A program made the position numbers and the translations under genes. Below, one piece after another: positions 52,876 to 64,000 of a stretch of 64,000 bases of DNA (the first letter of the stretch is position 1; every line of letters begins with the position of its first letter). Origin of the DNA: Lama guanicoe (lineage: Eukaryota); contig MU054187.1 of NCBI GenBank assembly GCA_013239625.1, positions 16,694,941 through 16,758,940 on the forward strand. The letters run 5' to 3'. The notes beneath the pieces are model-generated. The model was not told where the DNA came from, searched no databases, and saw only the letters and a list, made by a program, of their open reading frames with translations.

Positions 52876-53344
52876 CCCTTTGTTTTTAATTCAAGCCTAA
52901 TTGCAGAATGTAAAGTCATCTCCCTCACTCTTCTCTTGGCTACTTTGCAAAACAAACACAGAGATGCTTTCCTATTGGAGGATTTTAGTGACAGTCACTG
53001 CGGAGAGTGCAACTGAGATAAACTAAATTCAAAAAAAGAAATTACAAAGTTGCAGATATCAGACAAAGTTCTCAGTGTGTAAGAATCCTTCAAAAGCTCC
53101 TCATCTCTTATTGGATAAGTTCCAAACACCTTCCTCATCAAAGTCAGGTTGTCATCCTATCCCGACTTCTCTCTGTCCTCATGTCACTCATCACTCGTGG
53201 CACTGTCACATTCACCACACTGTTTCTGGTCAAGGTCTCCCCATTCTGTCATGTTTGCCTTCCTTACTCCTTCTCTTTTTTGAAGCTCTGCATTCAGAAT
53301 TTTTCTAAATTAATCTCCAGGAAGATGATAAGAGTTATGCTCAT

Positions 53345-53670
53345 AATATATCATGTATATATTGTGCTTAGCCCATTAAAAATATTATAATATATAATTC
53401 TAAAAATCATATATATCATTCATGTTTTACATATTATTTTATTCATATATTTATATAAATACATTTTATATAAAATACTATATTAATTTAAAATATGTAG
53501 TATAATTTATATGGTATATTATATTAATTTAAATTTGTAATTTATATAATATATTAATTATAAAATATATAATTACCATAAAATATTATAGTAATTATAA
53601 AATTTGTATTTTAAAATTTTATGTTTTAGTAATAAATATATATATATATATAGTTTTATATATATCTTAA
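53345..53670. repeat. AT-rich low-complexity tract
   Basis: Almost exclusively A/T with (TA)n runs. Confidence 0.85.
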
Positions 53671-56600
53671 TCCTAAACTACAAGTCAGTGAAGACAAGTA
53701 TTTTCCCAGGACACATGGCATGGTAGGTATTCACTGTTTGTTGAATGAATGAGTAAATGCTTCTGTCCTGGATCACCCCTGCTGGTGCCAGTCTCACACC
53801 ATATAGCCTTCCAATTCTAACAATTCCTTTGCCATCCCCGCACTCCTCACTGTGCTTTTACCCCTGCTCTTCCCTTGTCAGAAGTGCAATCTTTAAGCCA
53901 AGCCCAACTCCCTCCACGAAGCCTTTACTGATAAACTACATCCTCCACCACTGATGGACTGGAAGGATGCTCACAATGAATCCTGTATGGAAACTTCCAT
54001 TGTCATGCTTATGACACATTTTTGACACATTTTTAACACATTACTTTTTTTATGTCTTTCTTTCATACTAAGTTGAAAGCCTTTGAGGATGAGACAGTTT
54101 GGTAATTATTTTTGCCAGCCCTGAACCAAGCATCATGCTGCTTCTGGAGAGTTTGTTAAATGAATAAATTGATTATTTGAAAAATGTTGACTCCTTACCT
54201 ACAACATCTGATTCAATAATGGAAGTTTATGGCTTCTGCAAACCACTTTTGTAAAAGTGAGGGTGGCATTCATCAAAATCAATTTTTATCTTCGGCTTTT
54301 TTTCCCCTGGTTTGAAACTGTAATAAAAGCAGGCTAGACATCTCTTTTATCTCAAATAAAACATTTGCATTTCTGAAGACCTCTTGACTAGTTACCTCCT
54401 AATTATCTGGCTTTTTTCCAGGCAATGCATTATATTCTCTAGCTAGAAATTTTTTTAATAAAAACATGGTTGCATCTAAAGGGTCTTGGACAAAAAATAC
54501 TTGCTTAGAGGAGCATTTGAGGAAACTTTCTTAGACATTTGGCAGGAACATGTCATAAATGCTTTTGGAACAACCACACGTTGCCTGGCAAGACCGCCTA
54601 AGGAGAAATGAAATGAAGAGATAAGATTGGACTGAGTAAAAGTCCAGGAACAATTGTATTAGAGCCATTTCTCAGAATACGCTGGGTTTTCTGACTACTT
54701 AGGAATACAACAGAAGAATGTATGGAATTACACGTTTATTTAAAATGCAAAGACAATTGATATGTTCTGGCTATGTTTAGGGGAAACACAAAGAAAACAA
54801 TATCAAGTTAATAGCCACCTGGACAAAATATTTAGAAAACTGGAGGTTGGAGGAGATACACGTGGGGCATTCATAAATTAGGCTTGTAGATCCAGTGCCT
54901 AGCTGCAAAAACTGATATGTATATTTAATAATCATTCCACACACAACCTCATTTTTGTAAAACACAATGCTGGATATCATAGTGTATAGAAAACTAAAGA
55001 AAACATGCTCCCTGAATTTCAAAAACTTATTATTATTTTGGGAGAAAGGACGAGAGGAATTTTCTTCTGAGTTTTAGAGGGACTAACTTAGAGCTGAGGC
55101 CGTGGCCTTTCTTGCAACATGACAGATGCCACACAGGGGTTAGAATAGCCAATCATAATCAAGTGTGTCAAGTAATTAGTTGCTCTACAGTTAATTTTGA
55201 AACCAAGTCCCCGTAAAACCAACTTCCTTTACTGAGTTTATGGTCAACCTCTCTATCCAATACTTTATTTCCTTTGTTGTCCTCTCTGACCTCAGTTCTG
55301 TGCAAACTGAACTCTATCAAAAGTCAGATGACTAGAATTGCTGTTGTCGATGACATTGTTGTAAATGCTGTCGATGACAATGCAGTAAAATTGCTACTAT
55401 AGATGCTATCAGGGCAATCTTGATGCCACCCTCTCCTCTTACCATACTTGTTTCCTTTATTTGAGGTGTTAAGTGGCACCTTCAGTGAAGAGAGAAGGGA
55501 GGTCTACTGTCTCCAAAGAACGTTAAACACACATTAAACCGGAAGGGAGCAGCGAGGCACAGAAGACCGGAAAGTCCTTCGCTTGCTTCTCACATGCCCA
55601 TGGTTGGTTATATAAATTTTATTAGTCAAATAATGTGTTGCTTCAAAAGCTGCTGAGAGCCTATCCCAGATGAGAGGCAAAGGAAGAAGAAAGAATTGCT
55701 GGATATGCTTGCTAGAATAATGACATCATGAGGGAATCTGCATGGCAGATAAATCTCTGGGTGTAGAAAACCTGGATTAGGTCTTGAAAGGGGAAAACAT
55801 GGGAAGACGGGAAACCAAGATATAATGCCTCCTATCTTACAGCTGTACCTAAGACTAACTTTCTTGTTGATTAAGGAACACAGGACACTTAGAGAGCAGA
55901 GTTTGCAAAATTAAATTATCTGGAGCAAGTTATGCAAAGTTGGATTACAACATCCATTGCTAACAAAGAGGTAATATTCTCTGCATTTTCTTGGAAAGTG
56001 ATCTCAACAGTCAAGTGTTTAGATGCAGACATCACTTCATAACTTATTCGTTCTACAAATATTTAATGGGTTCCTACTTGATGTCAGGCATGGTAGTAGA
56101 CCTAGGAGATTCAGCAGGAATAAGATATTCACAACAACTGCTCTCACAGAGCTCAGCCTTGGAGGTGAGGGTTGATTTCTTGGTTTCTTTGCTGTTTGAA
56201 ACTCTCATCTACTAGTACGCTTTTTAGCATGTCCCTCCCGTCTTTGTCATTATTCCCACACATCTACTTCATTTCAAACTTGCAGGAATCTCAGTAATTT
56301 TCTAAATCTCATTGATTTTTGGTATGAGAAATATCATAACAACTATGGATCCAGGTGGCAGAAAGCCACAATTGCCTGCTGAAAGAAGTTTTAAAAAATC
56401 CCCTACTTTGACATTCGTTTGAGTAGGAAGGCAGAGTCTAGTTTTGTAGATGAGAAAATGGAGGTGAGAAAATGAAAGCCGGAAGCCAAGGGTTCTCTGC
56501 CTGCCCACAGGTGTTGAGAACTAATCTTTAAAAGCAAAAAAATGCATTAAGGCCTAATACTAGAGTGTGAGTCTTTTAATAGTTTTTAAAGTAAATTGAG

Positions 56601-56918
56601 GGTGGAAACAGAAATCTGAGCTTGACTTACATCACTTTTGAATATTGAGCTGGCAACCAACCAGTAGACAGCCATTCAAGCAAAAGCAGGGGGACTAACT
56701 TGAAATAATGAGTCAATAGAGTGCAGAGAAACTAAAGAAGGTAAAAAACATGGCAAAATGTTGGGCTGAGTCAGTAGCAACAATGGAAATTTCTCTCTGA
56801 AAGGCAAGTGGCATAAATCACGCTAGTTATATTGAGTCTGAGTTTTTTTAAATGTTATTTGGCTTAAAATTGTGGCACAGGTGTCAGCTTCAGTCAGACT
56901 TCAACTTCTTAATACCAG

Positions 56919-57346
56919 TGAATTAGTCATCTTGGGCTGCCATAACAAAATCCCATAGACTGGATGCTTAAATAACATACATTTATTTTCTCATAGTCCT
57001 GGAGACTGGAAAGTCCAAGATCAAGGTGTCAGCCAACTTAGTTTCTCCATGAGAGCTCTCTTCCTGGCATGAGGATTGCCACTTTTTGTCTGTGTTCTCA
57101 CATAGCAGAGAGAGAAAGAGACAAATGGGCAAAGAGACAGAGAGAGAGAGAGAGAGATAGACAGAGAGACAGAGAGCAAGCTCTCTTGTGTCTTTTTTCG
57201 TGAGACATTAATCCCATCAAGAGGGCTCCACTCTCATGAGCCCAAAGATCACATCTCCTAATAGGTTCACAGTAGAGATTAAGGCTTCAACATATGAATG
57301 GCAGTGGTGGGAGTAGGGGTGGGGGGGCACAATTCAATCCATAGCA
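56919..57346 (-). mobile_element. MLT1A-type MaLR LTR
   Basis: gggctgccataacaaaat...aagtccaagatcaaggtg...ggcttcaacatatgaat...caattcaatccatagca. Confidence 0.9.
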
Positions 57347-57770
57347 TTCTACTTGCTGGCCCTCCAAAATTCATGTCCTTCTCACATGCAAATCACATTC
57401 ATTCCATTCCCAACACCCCCAAAAGTTTTAACTCAGTCCAGGCTCAAGTCAAGAATCTAAAGTCACATCTAAATATCATCTAAATCAAATATGATTGAGA
57501 CTTGAGGTATGATTCATCTTGAGGCAAAATTTTTCTCCAGCTCTAAATCTGTAAAACCAGTCAAGTTATGCATTTCCAAAATACAATGGTAGGACCGGCA
57601 TGGGATAGACATTCCCATTTCAAAAGAAAGAAATAGGAAAGAAGGAAAAAATGATGGGTCCCAAGAAAGTCCAAAACCTAGCAAGCAAATTCCATCAGGA
57701 TTTCAAAGCTTGAAATTAATCCTCTTTGGTTTGATGCTCTGCCTTCTGGACCCTCTGGAGTGGCAGTCCA
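57347..57770 (-). mobile_element. MLT1A-type MaLR internal sequence next to the LTR
   Basis: ccaaaattcatgtccttctcacatgcaaa...ccaaaatacaatggtagg...gatagacattcccatttcaaaag. Confidence 0.85.
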
Positions 57771-58379
57771 CTGTAACCAGTCCATTTCCAGGTCCCAGGG
57801 AAATGTACAGCCCTCTCCAAGATGTCTGGGAACTTCTTGGGCTTAAGTTCCCACAGTTTCCTATACCTTTGAACTTTTCTCTGGAGTGTTATCAGCTTTG
57901 ATTTGCACTGACACACATTCGGAGAGGCAACTCAGCTCTCTCTTCTTTTCCAAGTCAACCCAAGACACTGACTCTCGCACCTAATGTTCATGAGCATGGT
58001 GTACTTCACTGAGGATTTTTGGAAAGGATTTTAAGGAACACATGCAACAAATGTAAAAACATTAAATTGAACACTGGTCATTTTATTAAACTGTCCTTTT
58101 GCCATTTCACTTTCAGTGAATTTCTACTGGCTGATTTCAGGTACTGTCCCCACCTCCACTTCTCATCCCTCTTATTGGCCGTGCATCTTCTCTGTCCCCC
58201 CGCTTCCTCTCAAGAACAAACCTACGCCCTCTCCTGGTACCTTACATTTGCCTTTCTTGTCAAGAACACTGCTGATACCATTAACCAGGCTTCCAGCTTC
58301 CACCCTCTGCTTCAATAAGGTCACCAAATTCTTTTCTTAAAAACATTCCCTGTCTAAGAAGAATTATGATGCCAAGTGT

Positions 58380-58405
58380 TTATTTACATATATGTATGTA
58401 TGTAT

Positions 58406-58447
<42 letters not shown>

Positions 58448-58960
58448 ATAATACTTTTATTGATTATATATATTTATTTTATAAAATAAGAAAAATCAGG
58501 AAAAGCATGAATAATAAAGATAATCTCTGGTTTTACATTCCCAGATTACAACAATTTAACCTGCCTGCATGTTTCATTCTTTTTTTCCTGTAATTTATTT
58601 TACACATTTATATATGCAGATGTAACAAAATGGCACAAAGCTTAGCAAATTAACTGATACTTGTCTTATCACTTACAATTAACAGATATTTTTCAATACC
58701 ACTACATGTTTTTCTACATCATTATTTATTTATAATACTTATAGTGGCTATAAGTTTTTTATTATTATATTTTTATATGTATTATATAATTATATTTTAA
58801 AATATATTATATAATATATTAATATATAGTATTATAATGGCTATAAATACTATAAATATATACATTTAGTAATATATAAATAAAATAAATATGTATATAA
58901 ATACAAGTACCCCTATAAATATAATATAAATACTAAAGTATTTAACTGTAAGAGTATAGC
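58380..58960. repeat. AT-rich and (TA)n low-complexity tract within a decayed old L1
   Basis: (TA)n at about 58409-58439 and very AT-rich sequence at 58720-58960. Confidence 0.7.
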
Positions 58961-60161
58961 ATAGTTCATTGATCCTCTGCTTTTGCACATGTATGTTTGT
59001 TTCTACACTTTTGCTAATATAAATGACACTTTGAAACACATTTTCAAATGTATACCATTGCTCCACATGCATCCACAATGATTTTTAAGGATAAATTCCC
59101 AGAAGTGAGAAAGCTACATCAAAAGATATTTGTTGCTGCCTTAAATAGTGTTGCCAAAGCCTTTTCAGGCACCCAGCTAGAGATAACCCACCTTATGTTT
59201 AATGGGGCCACGTCCTCTAAGCAGAAGGGGGCTCCAATGGGGTCCTGGCAGAGTGAATCTGAGCCAAGAGTTATTTATTGTGGTCAGAAAGAGGTTAGAA
59301 CTTCAACGTGAATCCTGTTTTTTGATGACCTAGGGACAGGGACAGGGCATTTTTCATGCATGTCTACTACTCACAATGTATATAAATTCTCATAGACACA
59401 TATATTGCTTCTCCCCCGCCCCCATCTCAGAATGTGCACACTCCTGTCCACGCACACGATGTTTCACTGTGGACAGGACGGTACCCACAGAAGATGTTGC
59501 TGCTTTCAAGCAGTTTGAAGGACTCTTCTAGTTTAAAGTTTAATATTATTTTAAAATACCTTTTGCCTTCTGAACATTTTTGAAGTGTGCAAAAATCACC
59601 CTTTCTTCCAGTGACAAATTTACAAGTGAATTTCTCCATAGAGATGTAGAGAGGTGTTTGTGTGAAGTGGTACTAGACAATTGTCGTCATTGCAGTATCT
59701 GTAAGTATCTTCTCGCGTGAGTGGAATATTCCCTGTTGTGTCAAGTGCCCTGTAGTTGCGTTACAGCCTCCCTCCCATTAAAGCACCACTTAGTACAGAG
59801 GGGTGCAATTAAGCCAACAGAGCGTCGGTGGTCTGAAAGGTAGCTCCCGTCCAAAGTGCTTCGTTTACTCCTCTGAGTTGGTAATGGGTGATTTCCCCAT
59901 TATACGTTATGATAGGTTATTCAGTCATAAAATAATTTTTCAGATCTAGACTAAATGGAATAGAAATTATTACATTTGATTAGCGTATTTTTAATTCAAC
60001 TTCTCTACAAACATAGCCTTCCTTTTTCATTATCTTTCTGAAGGACTAATAAATACATCAATCATACCCTTATGTAGGCTATTCTAGTATTTGGTGGCAA
60101 AAATGATTTCTGGATCTTCCCTTAAATGTATTTTATTCTCTTCTTGTGTTTTGTCTTTCAG

Positions 60162-60204
60162 CATGAGTCATAGATTTATATAGAAGTGGCTATTTCTACC
60201 TTAG
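60162..60204 (+). other. Weak candidate 43-nt exon
   Basis: Strong acceptor ttttattctcttcttgtgttttgtctttcag| with a weak donor TAG|gtacag. Confidence 0.25.
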
Positions 60205-61379
60205 GTACAGACCTAATAGGTTGTTGATGCTCAGACATGTTAAATAAGGATTATAACAATAAAAATTTAGTCCCATGGAAACATTATTAAATTTTCCTTT
60301 ACCTTAGATTACATGTCATCCACCTGGTAGTATGTGCTAGCTGGGTGATTTATGCGTTCTTAAAATTTTAAAATACTTCATTGACTTTATAACTTTTTTC
60401 TTGATAGTTTTTCAGTATTTTCTAACTCTACAGATTTAATTTCTTCAATTTTTCTAAGGACTGGTATAAAAAGCTTTTCAATATCTTAGCCATTTTTTAG
60501 TTATAATAAATTTCCTGCCCTTCTTGGTTTGGTGGATCTATTTTTTCCTCAATTACCTTTTTTTTAATGTAGAGTATTTATGAAATTCCATCTTATTGCT
60601 TTACCCTTATGGCTAGCACTTTATCTTGATTTATATAATATATTTTCCCCTTTAAATTTAAATTAATCTTATGTATTGTTGCTTTTCTCTTTGTTTACAT
60701 TTACTTCTAGGACCTTTATATGACAGATTTGGTTTACTTTTCTTGAATTTCTACTGTTTCTTTCTGCTTTGTAATAAAAATTGTATGCAGTGCTTTTTAA
60801 AGTTTTATATTCATTATTCAGTATACTTCAGTCATTTCCTCAACTTCTGTCTTTGATATAACATGTCTGTGGACTGCCCGACTCTCTGATGCTTCCCCTT
60901 TAAATTTACTTTGTAGAACATCCTTAAACTATGCAAATGGTAACCTGTGTTAAAAAAAAAAAAAAACAGGACAACAGGTCCAAACTGGAGTCATGAACCC
61001 GTGGATATGGAGAGCTGACTGTATTTATTTACTTATTGAGGTATATTTTGTATGTTGGCACTGGATGCTTTGAATTTGGTCATTTTTTCAATATTGCTAA
61101 AGTTCAATATTTTTGGAAACTGTATTCAGTATTGTGTATAACTTCTAATCATTAAAGATGACTTTATTTTTCCCTAAAATTATATTTATTCCATTCAATT
61201 TTCTCAATTTTTGCAGATAGATTCTAAGCCCTGCTTTTGAATTCTAGAAATTACAGATTTAAAAACTATATAAAATTTCTTATATTCCTTGAAAGCTCTA
61301 CTATTCCTCTGAGAAGAATCTGTATTTATCATTTCTGTTGCCATCATGATCATTTTGATGGTCAATTGGACCACCATAG

Positions 61380-62210
61380 GAAACAAGGAAGAATGATGGA
61401 CTTCAAGTTCAATATTTAATAATTATCCCCATGCTAACTAATTAACCAAATCTCCAAGGGAAGATGTTATATAGATTTCTGTGACAAAGAAATAAAGTGA
61501 GATTCTGTGACTAAGCATTGATTTGACAGAGATTCAAGACAAATTCTTCTATGTATACAAATTGACAAGTATCTAAGGCAATCCAATCACTACAATGCTG
61601 GTTAAGAAGAATGTGGAAACGCCAGATGGCTATCAACTCCAATGCCAATAGTATTGGCTGTCTAATGACCAGCAAGGAAAATAACTGCATTCATTTTATT
61701 ATAAGTGGAGATATTTCCACTGAGGTTGAAAATGAATAAACAAGTTAAGACGTTGCTAGGAGTAGGCAGTTGCAAAAGTGAGTTGGAAAATAGAAAGTAA
61801 GAATGTTAAGCAATAGAAACATTAGATATTCAAACATAGCCTTGCACGGGGTCCTGGGTTCGATCCCCAGTACCTCCTCTAAAAACAAACAAACTTAATT
61901 ACCTCCCCCCCACCAAACATAGCCTTGGTGTCAGCTGAAGTCATAGTTTCTTCTATCAAAAAGAAGTAGACAGCAGTATATGGTTATATTTCAAGCCTGT
62001 GGTATCTTGACTATGTGTTGAGAATAGAATAATGAATGAATTTATTTTACATTAGCGTATAAATTTTGACAGCATGGGGATGATTATGATATAAATCAAT
62101 CAAAAATTATAAATTGTAGAAATATGTGTACCAAAAAAGGATGGCCAGCGTGGGGTAAAACAGAATCATGAAGGTGCCATATTACCCAAGATATTATCAA
62201 TGGCTTTCAC
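61380..62210 (+). mobile_element. Possible highly decayed RTE/RTE-X (L4-like) LINE reverse transcriptase fragment
   Basis: Ordered faint peptide remnants across frames: HAN* (possibly YADD), LQ--ML-RF, LSIDL, GDISTEVEN--NK, LPKIL. Confidence 0.3.
61845..61913 (+). mobile_element. 5'-truncated, tail-less camelid-type SINE
   Basis: cacggggtcctgggttcgatccccagtacctcc...aattacctcccccc with a perfect 14-bp TSD CAAACATAGCCTTG at 61831-61844 and 61914-61927. Confidence 0.92.
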
Positions 62211-62625
62211 AATTTATCTTCTCTACATTTTTTAATATACATAAGGTGGCCAGATTGATGTTGATGCTTTCTATCACAGTGGTATGAACAATATCCTAGT
62301 TTGTACTTAGTTGATTTTGAATGGATGAGTTTTTGTTTGTCTAGAAAAAAATGTTTTATGTGTTTAACAAGGACATATATTTTTCCTAGTACATTATTTT
62401 CATTTTCTCTAGTACAAGTCTATGTAGTAAAACATAGCACTGTCTTACTGTCTTTTTAATAAACATATTTTTTAATTGAGTCAGGGTCATAAATACTGCT
62501 TCTAGTGCTTTCATTCAGGACAGTTAAAAGGTTTCCAGAGATGGCCTGAGTATCCTCACAAATCTTTGTATAGAAAAGGCCCAGAGACCCCATCCTCTTA
62601 AGCAATGGGCTGTAGCACTACATGG

Positions 62626-62759
62626 TAGGGTGAGTGTAAAATTTATTGTCCAAACGGAGACACTTTTGAAAGTGAAAAGGAGCACTATCAATAATTACAC
62701 CTGGACAACAGGCATAAACCACAACTGTCCTGGGCAAACCAGGACGTATGGTCATCCTG
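62626..62759 (-). mobile_element. MER94 hAT-Blackjack MITE
   Basis: Full-length 134-bp match with TIRs tagggtga/tcatcctg. Degenerate 8-bp TSD CTACATGG/TTATATGG. Confidence 0.88.
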
Positions 62760-64000
62760 TTATATGGAGACAGTACAATGATGTATGGGCAGGATCTTTC
62801 AAGCCTAGAATGTGACTTGGTTTAGGATTTTTTTTTTCAGTTTAGTTTTTTTTTTTTTTTTTGAGCTAGAGTATCTTGTGTTGTCTACGTGTAAGTTCTA
62901 TTACAGAGCTTTCTAGGGAAACAAACTTTTTTCCCCCATTTGGGAAGAAACATAAGCCATTGTGTATCTTAGATGCTGTGTAGGTGTAGAGGGTCGTTTG
63001 AAGACGGGACGTGTCGCAGTACTGGCAGTTATCTTTACTCCAGGGGCTACTGCTCTCATGGTACTGATGACGAGATAAGAGCTTCTGAAGAGCTATGGTA
63101 GAAATCATGTTTTTTCCCCAGAATTCATTTTGGCAAATTCTTAATATGATGTTAGTTCTCATTTATTAGTTGCTAATTGTATTGAATTATTAGAAGGGAA
63201 AGTAATCTTTGAAAATATGTTAAGCTTTATATTGTGGCCAAATTAAACATATGAAGGAAATGTATGCTCTCTATTCAAGGAATGTGTCTATGAAGCCAAT
63301 TATTCAGTTCTTCTATGACTTGACTTACATTTTGTCTGTTAGATACTGTCAAATTTTGAGAGATATACTAGTAAATTCCATACTCAAATTTATTCAACAC
63401 TTTATTGCCCTTTCAATAATTTTTGTTTTATAGCTTTAAATGATCATGTTGCTGACACATGACATTAACACATTATTGATGTATGTGTGTATTTAATGCT
63501 GCTTATATCTTCTTCATGAATTGTGATATTTATCATTTTACGTCACTTTTTATCCTTCTTTGTTGCCTTTAGCCTTATAACCCACCTCATCATATATCCA
63601 TTCTTGCTTTCTTTTATTCACATTTGCCCAGTATCTCTTTGTCCATCTTTTTATTCTCAAACATTTTTTAATTGCTGAATTCTTCTTGTGTGTATCAGTT
63701 TAGATAGCGAAAAAAAAACTGTTTCAATAACAAATTAACCCTGACATTTCAGAAACTTAAAAAAAAGTAAATACATTTTTCTTGTTTTTTTTGTTTTTGT
63801 GTGCTATTGACTCATCAAATCAAGTAACTTTTTTTTTTTAACTTTATTTTTGACTCTCTAACTCAGTTGCCCTCTATCTGTTGTTGCAATAATCTAGGCT
63901 GTTTCAATCTGTGGTTCCAACATCTCAGCTTGAAGTGTCAGTGTTCACTGTGGTAGGAGGAGAGAAAGGTGGCACCCACGCTTCCCTGTTAAACTATTTG

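Noticed and set aside
61200..62200. GPCR-like pseudogene on the - strand
   Set aside because: The hydrophobic translation is explained by T-richness, and no receptor motifs are present.
62827..63162. Processed retrocopy on the - strand (98-aa ORF ending at a poly-A run)
   Set aside because: No canonical poly(A) signal, no TSD found and no recognisable protein.
4030..64000. Assigning a gene symbol to the host locus
   Set aside because: No coding exon matched any protein I could recall for bidirectional-promoter or long-5'-UTR genes. A BLAST search is needed.

Overview
This is mammalian genomic DNA, most likely from a camelid: four copies of a tRNA-derived SINE resembling camelid vic-1 and artiodactyl-type L1 tails are present, and I saw no Alu, B1, Bov-tA or PRE-1 copies. 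I could not recognise any protein-coding exon. The listed ORFs are explained by the GC-rich CpG island, by transposon remnants or by chance. The main structure is a CpG-island promoter at about 4.0-5.1 kb that looks bidirectional. It has a + strand splice donor at 4470/4471, followed by about 60 kb of intron-like DNA with a few short non-coding-looking candidate exons, and - strand donors with small candidate exons running toward the window start. I could not identify the host gene(s). The rest is interspersed repeats: ERV1, ERVL and MaLR LTRs (several with intact TSDs), an ERVL gag relic, hAT and Tigger DNA transposons, L1, L2 and MIR. There is also a U1 snRNA retrocopy nested in an L1 tail, plus repeat-free stretches rich in homeodomain motifs that may be conserved enhancers. 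I found no convincing new biological system. The most distinctive observations are the overlapping bidirectional non-coding exon architecture and a clean template-switch mutation in one SINE copy. Repeat family names come from remembered consensus sequences, and boundaries without TSDs are approximate.
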